A stretch of DNA of 64,000 nucleotides from a virus. Taxonomy: Duplodnaviria; Caudoviricetes. The DNA lies in IMG/VR virus record IMGVR_UViG_3300027804_002812, positions 262,292 through 326,291 of that record; one strand, 5' to 3'. The position numbers were made by a program, and so were the translations under genes. Shown piece by piece: positions 48,472-56,945 of this stretch; position 1 is the first letter of the stretch, and each line of letters opens with the position of its first letter. The notes beneath the pieces are model-generated. The model ran no database searches, was not told where the DNA came from, and worked only from the letters and a program-made list of their open reading frames with translations.

Positions 48472-48921
48472 TTATAAAAAATTTCTTTGGCTTTCTACAT
48501 CAAGAGGATTATTCATCATAAACCCAATCAAAGTATACCTTTTTCCAACACAATTATTTACTCGATGGTATTCTTCTCCGCTAAAATATACCATATCTCC
48601 AACCTTTGGAGTGAATTCATTGTTGTCAAAAATAAGCTCACCTCCCGTAAAATCTTCATTAAGAAAAACAATGAAAGACCATGGATTATGATGCAAGTGT
48701 GGAATTTCAACCTGATTAATACTGTCATCCACCATTTGAACTCTGAACTTTTTGAAAGAAAAATTTGAGAACTTTTTTACTTCTAATTCTCTTCCCATTA
48801 AATCAACAAAATAAAATTTATAATATTCATCCCCATAATATTTTTTATCTTCATTGTGGAAAATATCCATGAAATAATTAATTTCATCAGAAGTTAAAAA
48901 AGATGGAATATATTTTATCAT
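48472..48921 (-). CDS. 2OG-Fe(II) oxygenase
   Basis: PHLH..WSFIVFLN..FTGGEL...HRV....GKRYTL. Confidence 0.85.
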   Translation of the reverse strand: MIKYIPSFLTSDEINYFMDIFHNEDKKYYGDEYYKFYFVDLMGRELEVKKFSNFSFKKFRVQMVDDSINQVEIPHLHHNPWSFIVFLNEDFTGGELIFDNNEFTPKVGDMVYFSGEEYHRVNNCVGKRYTLIGFMMNNPLDVESQRNFL

Positions 48922-48923
48922 TG

Positions 48924-49451
48924 TTAAAATAGTTTTGTTTCAGTTCCTAATTCTTTATAAGTTATAAAATAAACAAAAGAATATCGTGTACCTTTGGTGA
49001 TTTCGGTAACTTCATGAAGAACTTCAGAATCCATTTTATATAATAATCCCTTTTCTGTCGCCAACTTTCCATCAGGATTATAGGTGATAAGTTCACCTCC
49101 CTCAAAATCATCATTTAATTTGGCTCCAATGATTAAGGCCCAATCATTTTGTCTTTCTCTATCAACGTGTTTGGTAAATTTACCACCCGTAAAAAATTCA
49201 TGAGCATAAAAATAGTTGCCTTCTTTTATTTTATTGTTTGGATACTCGTCTTTCAAAAAATCAGAAATCAAATCGAAAAACCATTGTGTCGACTCTTCTC
49301 GTTTGACTTCACAAATATTATAATCTAATCTAGATTTATGTAATCCCGCAGGTGAACAAACATCAGGGCAATATCTAACATTAGATTTACCAAAATAGGA
49401 AATCCATGATATTACTTCGTCACACTGCTCATTTGTCAATTTCATAATCAT
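48924..49451 (-). CDS. 2OG-Fe(II) oxygenase (prolyl-hydroxylase-like)
   Basis: KHVD...LN.DFEGGEL...HEV..ITKGTRYS. Confidence 0.88.
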   Translation of the reverse strand: MIMKLTNEQCDEVISWISYFGKSNVRYCPDVCSPAGLHKSRLDYNICEVKREESTQWFFDLISDFLKDEYPNNKIKEGNYFYAHEFFTGGKFTKHVDRERQNDWALIIGAKLNDDFEGGELITYNPDGKLATEKGLLYKMDSEVLHEVTEITKGTRYSFVYFITYKELGTETKLF

Positions 49452-49993
49452 TATATAATTTGTTGAGGTATCATTAAATCACTTTTTTTCACCCAAAATA
49501 CCATAGAGTATCTTACACCTTCAGTAACTTCACTAACCCAATGTGGTATTTTTGAGTCAAAACTGATACAATTTCCTCTTGAGGAGTTAGCAATATAATC
49601 TTCAAACATCAAGTCACCCCCTACATAAGATCCATGTTCAGACAATTGGATAATATACGACCTATATCTTTCCCCTCTTTCCTTGTCACCAGAATCATAA
49701 TTAAGAACATTATTATCCCTATGAACAGGGAAAGAATCTCCAACGACATATTTCCTTACCAATAAGTTATGAACCTGTTCTTCATTTGAGAATGTAAATG
49801 GTTTTAGATTCAACTCAGGAAAGATAGAAAAAAACTCTTCGGGTATATCTTCGTGTGATACTAGCCCTTCTTGCCCACATTTACCATATCTCCTCCCCCT
49901 TTCAATAACATCCAAAACTCCACTTTCAAAGTATTGAATGAAATAATCACACAAACTATGACTCAATAAAATTTTTTCTTCAATTGATTTCAT
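49451..49993 (-). CDS. 2OG-Fe(II) oxygenase (prolyl-hydroxylase-like)
   Basis: HRD...YVGGDL...PHWV..VTEGVRYSMV; likely start MKSIEEK at 49993 (ATGA overlap). Confidence 0.88.
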   Translation of the reverse strand: MKSIEEKILLSHSLCDYFIQYFESGVLDVIERGRRYGKCGQEGLVSHEDIPEEFFSIFPELNLKPFTFSNEEQVHNLLVRKYVVGDSFPVHRDNNVLNYDSGDKERGERYRSYIIQLSEHGSYVGGDLMFEDYIANSSRGNCISFDSKIPHWVSEVTEGVRYSMVFWVKKSDLMIPQQII

Positions 49994-50571
49994 ATGATTT
50001 GTTTCTCTATTTGTTTTTGATTGAGTATATCGATACAAAAACTTCCAGCATAAACTATCCTCTTTTTTTCCGAGTTTGGAGTCGGTATTGCAGTATGTCG
50101 TATGTCTGCTGGAAATATAAATATATCCCCAACTTCAGGTAAAAATTTATATCTTTGTTTATTTTCGTCTTCAAATACTATACATCCTTCATCCCCACTT
50201 ATTTCATCTGTTGTCTGTAAATAAAACGTGAAAGTATAATCTGTTAAAATATTTGACCTACCAGAAGGATGAACTTGAATGTGTTGATGCATCCATTCTA
50301 AATTGAACCCTTTTTTTTGAGTATACACCCAATAATGTTGAGCATAATTGGTGAATTTTTTATTAGATATATTCTCTATTTGATTTTTAATATATGAATT
50401 TATCGATTGAAAACACTCCGTTTCTATTTCTATCCAAACAGAATTATCATTGGTATGTGTTGCCATTCCATCATTTAACTCAACATATTTCAAAAATTCA
50501 TCAATAGAATACTCATTATTGTACTTCCCTTTATATATTGTGAACTTTTCAGATAACTTTATTGGCGTCAT
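49990..50571 (-). CDS. Putative 2OG-Fe(II) oxygenase (TIGR02466-like)
   Basis: MHQH...FYL...G.I.F...PEVGDIFIFPADIRHTA.P...RIV. Confidence 0.8.
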   Translation of the reverse strand: MTPIKLSEKFTIYKGKYNNEYSIDEFLKYVELNDGMATHTNDNSVWIEIETECFQSINSYIKNQIENISNKKFTNYAQHYWVYTQKKGFNLEWMHQHIQVHPSGRSNILTDYTFTFYLQTTDEISGDEGCIVFEDENKQRYKFLPEVGDIFIFPADIRHTAIPTPNSEKKRIVYAGSFCIDILNQKQIEKQII

Positions 50572-51170
50572 ATGATAGATGTTGGTGACTTGAATTTTAT
50601 AATACCATCTCCCTTTACGAAAATTCCATTCTTAAAATAAGTCCAGTTAATCGTATGAATTGGAGTAACTATTTTTGTAAATTTATGTGGGTCAATCTTA
50701 TATTCATAATAATTCAACTCACTTTGTTTTCTAAATGTAAAATAATTAAAAATCGATAAAATACAATTATCATTAGCAATAGTTTTACAATAATCTTCAA
50801 ATTTTTCGTAATTGATATCGTCATGTGTATCCATGAATATTCCATCAAATTTTTGATTAAGTTTTGGGATAACCTCCACCCAATCTCCAAATATAATGGT
50901 TACATTTGATTTGTTTTTAGCCCAATTTTGAGCTTTTTCATAAATCTGAGGATTAATTTCAATACAGGTATAATGATTAGCTAAACTACTCATTTTGTTT
51001 GCAGAAAATCCCATACCAAAACCAACATCTAAAACGTTACCCCCATTTTGACAAACTATATATGAGTACATTTCCATCAAAGATTTTGATGCAGAATCCA
51101 TAACAATAGATCTCGGGTTATTCTTAAAATGAATATTTTTATCCGTAAAAACGACTACTTCATCTTTCAT
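50568..51170 (-). CDS. Class I SAM methyltransferase, RMT2/guanidinoacetate-methyltransferase-like
   Basis: VMD....LME, GGNVLDVGFGMG, CIEINP, GDW, FDGIFMDT. Confidence 0.75.
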   Translation of the reverse strand: MKDEVVVFTDKNIHFKNNPRSIVMDSASKSLMEMYSYIVCQNGGNVLDVGFGMGFSANKMSSLANHYTCIEINPQIYEKAQNWAKNKSNVTIIFGDWVEVIPKLNQKFDGIFMDTHDDINYEKFEDYCKTIANDNCILSIFNYFTFRKQSELNYYEYKIDPHKFTKIVTPIHTINWTYFKNGIFVKGDGIIKFKSPTSII

Positions 51171-51182
51171 GTGTATTATACA

Positions 51183-51614
51183 TTATAGTAAATCTTTTTT
51201 ATTAAAACGCTCGTATCTCCCATAATTACTCAATAATTCTTCGCCCTTATATATTATTCGGTTAGTAAGGAATGTGTCCTTATCTATGTTGGACTTATCG
51301 AATCCACTATTAATAAAGTAGTATGGTGTAGTATAAATCCAATGGCATCCTTTTGTCAACTTTACATAGGTACGGTTATCTGACGGAAAATCAGGTCCAT
51401 ATAAAAATATGTCTTTGATATGAGTATAAAGTTCGTTAGGTAATAGAAGTAATTCAGATTCTAATATTGGATACAAACCTGTTTCTCCATTCCAAACTTC
51501 AAATGGATTAATTTGAGATGGAATGTCTTTGATTGCAAATACACCAATTCCTTGGACTCTACTTGGTTTTAACCTTACAAAAATTTTGGTAGATATATAC
51601 TCGAAGGGAGTCAT
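51183..51614 (-). CDS. SET domain protein
   Basis: LKPSRVQGIGVFAIKDIP, YFINS (NH motif altered), I.KGEELLSNYG. Confidence 0.8.
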   Translation of the reverse strand: MTPFEYISTKIFVRLKPSRVQGIGVFAIKDIPSQINPFEVWNGETGLYPILESELLLLPNELYTHIKDIFLYGPDFPSDNRTYVKLTKGCHWIYTTPYYFINSGFDKSNIDKDTFLTNRIIYKGEELLSNYGRYERFNKKDLL

Positions 51615-51757
51615 TACATATGCTTTGCAATAAACAATTCAAAAAACTTGGCAACTGTTTGATTGACTTGTGTTTTTTCAGTTTGACTTAAAGCACTTGT
51701 TTTTCTTGTCTCAACTTGAGACATAGTTACTTTCTTATATAATGATGGATTTGTCAT
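51614..51757 (-). CDS. Unannotated 47-aa peptide between the ATP-grasp/Hint gene and the SET gene
   Basis: MTNPSLYKKVTMSQVETRKTSALSQTEKTQVNQTVAKFFELFIAKHM*; starts 7 nt after the upstream stop, and its TAA overlaps the SET ATG (TAATG). Confidence 0.75.
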   Translation of the reverse strand: MTNPSLYKKVTMSQVETRKTSALSQTEKTQVNQTVAKFFELFIAKHM

Positions 51758-51764
51758 GTTTTTA

Positions 51765-54020
51765 TTATTTATTGTGAACTAAAATTTTATTTGCAAAAAA
51801 GTTATGATTTTCCGAAACACTTAATAGATTGTAAACAGTATGTGAGCTTACATCTTCTTTAACACTAATAATGGTTATATCAGTTTTATCATCTTTAATA
51901 CATACATCACCTTCTTGAAGATTTTTCGCTTCAACCCAACCTTTTTCTTTTACGAAGAATGGATGTTCAGGAGTTGTAGTTAATAATGTCGTATCATCAA
52001 ATACCAAATCAATAACATCTTCAACATTATGTATTTTCAAATCACCAACAATACCTAATTCAGTTTCTCCAGTCAATTCATTATAAGTAAGAACTTTTTC
52101 CCCAACAACAACATCTTCAATATTTTTGTATTCTCCATCAAGTAAAGTTATTTTGGTACCCGCAACAAAACAACGATTGTGTACTAATCGATTGTTTGCA
52201 AAAAAGTTATGGTTGTTTTCCACTACTTTTACATTATAAACAATTACTGCCTCTGAAATAATATCAATTGATTTAATAAGGGACTCTGTACCATCTTCCT
52301 TAAGGATTTTAATTCCGACTTCAGCTTGTCTAGTGGTCAACCCATAAACGTTAAGTGTATACTTAGGGTCTTGTGATATCCAACCGATTTGACGTGAATA
52401 AATTGGGTGGTCCAACGTTGACTCCAAAATTGTATCATCCTCGAATGTATACTTTACTGTTTTGTCAACTTTTCTAGAACCAACACCTCTAACTTTTTGT
52501 TTTTCAACCATAGAGGTATTAAAATTATAAGATAAAACTACATCACCAATTTGAATATTTTCAACATTTTTTTGTGTTTTATCTTCCAAAGTTATTTTTG
52601 TACCAGCAACAAAACAAGGTGCGTTATGTGAAATTACTCCGTTGAATGGTGTTGACCCACTAATAATATAGGTATCAGTATCTTCAGCGTCAAGTTCTAC
52701 TAATTTCAAACTAGTATCCGTAGTGACATAAAAATTGACCTCATCGATCCCAATCAAATCGCCATCGATGTCATACAAATAATCAACTTCAGGTCTCAAA
52801 TAAACGGAAAGTTTATATTTGGAAATGTTTGTGGAAGAATCATAAACTAAAAAGTGTTTATTTGCCCCGATAAATTTAGATTCTGAATCAACCACGATTT
52901 CAACTAACCCCCCATACTTCAATTGTTTCTCATCCTTAAAAACAACTTCAGATGTAGTCATATAAGACCCTTCGGGAAAATATTGTCCTTCAAATGTCCA
53001 ATTCATAATTTCTGAATTTATTTCAACTTGAGGAGACCCTGAAATGAAAAACGATTTAATAAATTCTCCGACACCAACATCTGCAATCGGCTTATACTCC
53101 TCATCCTCCATTAAAATTTGATGAGTTGACAATAGTCCACCACAATCCAATTTTATGAAATTTGTGGTGTATTCATAATAATGATGGTCAGATATTTTAT
53201 TAACATATTGAGTATCATCAACTTCAGATTGAATACTGGTTGGCAATTCGAATATTGAGCTAATCTTATAATTGTGTAATGTAATTATATCTAAATTACC
53301 TCCATACACAATATGAAAACTTCTAACCGAGATGATATGATCATCCTCATCTAAACTAGAAGGCCCATAATGATATTGTTGAATAATTTTATTTTCGGTA
53401 TTTATTGAACTTAAAAAAGATGCCCATCTGTCCTCGTCACTTTCACCTTCAACAGTAGAACCTATTTTATAAAAATCTATTGGATTGAATTGTTCAATCA
53501 TGTCCTTAACCGCAACATCAGGGACATTTGGTGAATTAATTATTGAATCTAAACTATTGTTAGATTCTGTTGAGGACGAATAAAAGTACGAAACTACTTT
53601 GGATGATTCATTATTTGACGTAAATAAATTAAGAAGTTCTACAGTACCTTTACAATAGGTACTATCAAAAAGTGCAGACTCGTCATAAGCCAATCTCAGT
53701 ATAAATTTATCACTTGAGTCAGGAATCGTCGCAGGATAAATTGTATTAATATCTTCATCATGTAAATTTATAACCGTAACAAATGGTGCGTCAGCAGTTA
53801 TAGTATTTGAAATATGAGTTACAATTTTATCATGAATGAAAGGCTTATATACAATATCAAGTTGAGTAATGTTATTTGTCTGAAGTACACTTATAAATTC
53901 GGTAAAATCGAAATTATATAATTCATTACCAACGATACTTGTATCGGTGTTAAACTCCAATAATCTTAAATTATCATTCGTGTCTTTAACAAAGTCAGCC
54001 GAAAATAAAGTTCCTTTCAT
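51765..54020 (-). CDS. Circularly permuted ATP-grasp ligase fused to three tandem Hint domains
   Basis: N-terminal SADF...LLEFNTD (D9/E22/N24), AVK, IIQQY, SVR; Hint1 about G295-N466, Hint2 C469-N615, Hint3 C617-N750, then K751. Confidence 0.8.
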   Translation of the reverse strand: MKGTLFSADFVKDTNDNLRLLEFNTDTSIVGNELYNFDFTEFISVLQTNNITQLDIVYKPFIHDKIVTHISNTITADAPFVTVINLHDEDINTIYPATIPDSSDKFILRLAYDESALFDSTYCKGTVELLNLFTSNNESSKVVSYFYSSSTESNNSLDSIINSPNVPDVAVKDMIEQFNPIDFYKIGSTVEGESDEDRWASFLSSINTENKIIQQYHYGPSSLDEDDHIISVRSFHIVYGGNLDIITLHNYKISSIFELPTSIQSEVDDTQYVNKISDHHYYEYTTNFIKLDCGGLLSTHQILMEDEEYKPIADVGVGEFIKSFFISGSPQVEINSEIMNWTFEGQYFPEGSYMTTSEVVFKDEKQLKYGGLVEIVVDSESKFIGANKHFLVYDSSTNISKYKLSVYLRPEVDYLYDIDGDLIGIDEVNFYVTTDTSLKLVELDAEDTDTYIISGSTPFNGVISHNAPCFVAGTKITLEDKTQKNVENIQIGDVVLSYNFNTSMVEKQKVRGVGSRKVDKTVKYTFEDDTILESTLDHPIYSRQIGWISQDPKYTLNVYGLTTRQAEVGIKILKEDGTESLIKSIDIISEAVIVYNVKVVENNHNFFANNRLVHNRCFVAGTKITLLDGEYKNIEDVVVGEKVLTYNELTGETELGIVGDLKIHNVEDVIDLVFDDTTLLTTTPEHPFFVKEKGWVEAKNLQEGDVCIKDDKTDITIISVKEDVSSHTVYNLLSVSENHNFFANKILVHNK

Positions 54021-54076
54021 AATCTTTTTGGTTATATATTAAATATCTTGCAAGGATTTAATCTGTTTATGTTATT

Positions 54077-54619
54077 CTACAAAAGGGTCTTGCCCTTAGA
54101 AGTTGTAGTTCTCGAAATACAAATGTGAGTTAGTTCCAAACTTTGCGGTAATTTTAACTGAAAATCGATAACATCGTATATTTCAGAAAAATTAACCTTA
54201 TTAAAACCAACTCTTTTATTGTGTTCCAAAGTATTCGGATATAAATTAACAATTCTCACTTTTTTATCGAGATTTGAATTAATCATCTTCAAAGAGGATT
54301 GTTGTAACTTTAACTTACTTTCCCGATAATCGTCAAAACTTCCATTATTAAAAATGGCCGATGTCAGAATGTTGAAAATTGTCTTATCCTTGTATTTCCA
54401 CTGGTCGAAAAGTTCTTCGAATATTTTCTGTTGGTAACTCGGATGATAAGTATTATTTATGAAAACATCTAAATCAACAACATCATTCAATATTTTTTCG
54501 TAATTTTTCAAGTCATATCCATTACTTCTTGAAAATCCGATAACTTCATGATTTTTTCCCAACAAATCAAACAACCCTTTTCCTAAGAAATCACTGTGTC
54601 CTGTTATTCCTATCCTCAT
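54077..54619 (-). CDS. Short SDR-type NAD(P)-dependent oxidoreductase
   Basis: IGITGHSDFLG, FINN, YRESK (YxxxK). Confidence 0.75.
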   Translation of the reverse strand: MRIGITGHSDFLGKGLFDLLGKNHEVIGFSRSNGYDLKNYEKILNDVVDLDVFINNTYHPSYQQKIFEELFDQWKYKDKTIFNILTSAIFNNGSFDDYRESKLKLQQSSLKMINSNLDKKVRIVNLYPNTLEHNKRVGFNKVNFSEIYDVIDFQLKLPQSLELTHICISRTTTSKGKTLL

Positions 54620-55128
54620 ATCAAACTAACTGGTTCTTTGATATTTTCCTTGAATAAAAATATTATTAGTGAATATCTAATCCCATTTTCAATTTTGGTC
54701 ACCTCGTGTTCTCTAGTATTTCTGAAAGAATATATCGTCCCCGCTTTTTTCGGAATAATCTCTTTCGGTCCATACAAAATAAAATCACCTCCATCATAGT
54801 CATCATTCAAACAAACTCCGACATTTAATTTTTGATTAGGATAGTATATATCACTATGTCTTTCAAATTGATTTCCGGACTCGTATTTGTGTAAATGTAT
54901 TACTTCAAACGGTTTGACTATTTCAACATTCTCATCTAAAAGCAAAAATTCAGTTATTTTATCAAAAATCCAAGAGACATTTTCATTTCTAAAAATGTTG
55001 TAATACGTATATGTTATTTTTTCTCTTGGTCTTTCAACATGTATACTATTTGCATCTCGATGAGTACCTTCAATTTCTTGAGTTAATTTTATTATCTTAT
55101 CACACTCTTCTTTTGAAAACGATACCAT
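54616..55128 (-). CDS. 2OG-Fe(II) oxygenase (prolyl-hydroxylase-like)
   Basis: RHSD...LNDDYDGGDF...HEV..IENGIRYSL. Confidence 0.88.
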   Translation of the reverse strand: MVSFSKEECDKIIKLTQEIEGTHRDANSIHVERPREKITYTYYNIFRNENVSWIFDKITEFLLLDENVEIVKPFEVIHLHKYESGNQFERHSDIYYPNQKLNVGVCLNDDYDGGDFILYGPKEIIPKKAGTIYSFRNTREHEVTKIENGIRYSLIIFLFKENIKEPVSLI

Positions 55129-55164
55129 GTTTTAATAATAAAATAATTTGATTAAAAATCAAAT

Positions 55165-55281
55165 TTAATGGTTGTAAATAAAAGGGTCTCTCTTTTTCAA
55201 CTCTTCAATTTTCTTTTTTAATTCTTTTTTCCTTTTGCGGTCTTTAATTTTTTTCAAAAACCAGTCAATAATTTTCTTCAT
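55165..55281 (-). CDS. Small basic 38-aa 'KRDPFIY' protein
   Basis: MKKIIDWFLKKIKDRKRKKELKKKIEELKKRDPFIYNH*; start overlaps the carbamoyltransferase stop (ATGA). Confidence 0.7.
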   Translation of the reverse strand: MKKIIDWFLKKIKDRKRKKELKKKIEELKKRDPFIYNH

Positions 55282-56945
55282 AGTATTTTGTGTATTATAT
55301 AATTATCTAAAACTAACAAGTCCAAGTCAGTATCCTTGAAAGTTTCTATTGCATTAAACGGATTCAGTACCATTGTTTTATCTTTAACGTTGAATGATGT
55401 ATTCAATATAATTGGATACCCACTTAGTTTTTCAAACTCAATTAATAAGTCGTGAATAACAGTATTTTCATATACAGTTTGAATTCTTGACGTTCCGTCC
55501 ACGTGAACAACTGCCGATAATTTATCTGCGTATTCTTCTCTAACTTTAACAATTTGATTCATGTATGGTACATCATCAATTGTGTAGAAAAACTCATTCT
55601 GTTTCTCTTTAATAACCATAGGGGCAAAAGGACGAAACCCCTCTCTTTTCTTAATCAATTTATTAATTCTGGATTTCATATCGGGTACAGTAGGGTCGGC
55701 TAAAATAGACCTGTGTCCTAATGCTCTTGCTCCGAATTCGATTCTATCTCTATACCACCCAACTACTTTACCTTCATGGATTTTTTTGGCTACGTATTTT
55801 ATTAATATATTGTAATCGTGAATTTCAAAAAAGTTCAAATTTTTAATGTGACCCATATAAAATTCAACATCATACTTTGGTCCCAAAAAAGGATTCTTGG
55901 TAACTCTTTTTGTTAATTTTTTATTTTGTACAAGGTAATGAATACAAGCTCCAACACAGGATCCAGCATCAGATGGTGCGACTGGTATCCAAATTTTTTC
56001 AAACTCAGAATTGGATACTATCTTCCCATTCGCAGTACCATTGTACGCCGAACCACCTCCTAAGCAAAGATTATTACTACCAAGATTTTTCAAACTTTTG
56101 ATAATATCAAATAAAACTTCTTCGTATCTTAGTTGAACTGCCGCTGCTAAATTTTGATGAATTGTAGTAATTTCTTCTTCAGTTAATCTTGGTGAAATAC
56201 CTAAATGTTCTATTAGTTTTTCGTTGAACATCAATTTTTCTGACTTATCCCAACAAAAAACATCCATATCACAGATTAATTCTCCATCTTTGAATTCTAT
56301 TAAACTTCTAATTTTTTCAATATACTCTTTAGGGTCTCCGTATGACGCTAATCCCATTAATTTATATTCTCCTTCATTTGGTTTGAATCCCAAATACGAA
56401 GTCATTGTAGAATAATAAAGTCCTAATGAATGTGGATATTTACCCAAATCATGATATTCAATTCCATCATTATCCGCCAAACCAAAAGATAATGTGTCAA
56501 TTTCACCAACACCATCAATAGATAAACAGATTGCCCTTTCAAAATCGGAAGTGAAAAAAGAATAATACTGATGTGCCAAATGGTGTTCGGAGTAAAATAC
56601 TCTTCCCTTAAATGGCTTCAAATGTTTATTTACATCTGATATATTTTTTAAGATTTTAACTAAAGATTTCAAAGAATATTTCGGTGACGTAAAAAAGTTT
56701 TTCTTGATGTTACTCAATACTCTTTTTAGTTTCAGATTGAGGTCTTCATAATAACAAACCATTTCAATATCATCATAGGTTATGTTATAATATCCGAAAA
56801 TATGTTGAATCGTATTAATTGGAAAAGAACTGTCGTGTTTGATTCCCGTAAATTTTTCCTCTTCACAAGCAAACACCAACTCCCCGTTTTTGAATAGACA
56901 GGCGGATGAATCGTGATAAAAGGATGAAATGCCAAGTACGTACAT
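55278..56945 (-). CDS. NodU/CmcH-family carbamoyltransferase
   Basis: LGISSFYHDSSACL, EEEKF, HHLAH, DGVGE, SLGLYY, GEYKLMGLASYG, EFGARALGHRSILADP, FRPFAP, LNTSFN. Confidence 0.95.
   Translation of the reverse strand: MYVLGISSFYHDSSACLFKNGELVFACEEEKFTGIKHDSSFPINTIQHIFGYYNITYDDIEMVCYYEDLNLKLKRVLSNIKKNFFTSPKYSLKSLVKILKNISDVNKHLKPFKGRVFYSEHHLAHQYYSFFTSDFERAICLSIDGVGEIDTLSFGLADNDGIEYHDLGKYPHSLGLYYSTMTSYLGFKPNEGEYKLMGLASYGDPKEYIEKIRSLIEFKDGELICDMDVFCWDKSEKLMFNEKLIEHLGISPRLTEEEITTIHQNLAAAVQLRYEEVLFDIIKSLKNLGSNNLCLGGGSAYNGTANGKIVSNSEFEKIWIPVAPSDAGSCVGACIHYLVQNKKLTKRVTKNPFLGPKYDVEFYMGHIKNLNFFEIHDYNILIKYVAKKIHEGKVVGWYRDRIEFGARALGHRSILADPTVPDMKSRINKLIKKREGFRPFAPMVIKEKQNEFFYTIDDVPYMNQIVKVREEYADKLSAVVHVDGTSRIQTVYENTVIHDLLIEFEKLSGYPIILNTSFNVKDKTMVLNPFNAIETFKDTDLDLLVLDNYIIHKIL

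Noticed and set aside
51765-53138. Hint domains as ordinary mobile inteins
   Set aside because: No homing endonuclease, +1 residues are Ala, Arg and Lys rather than Cys/Ser/Thr, and there is no interrupted host protein to rejoin.
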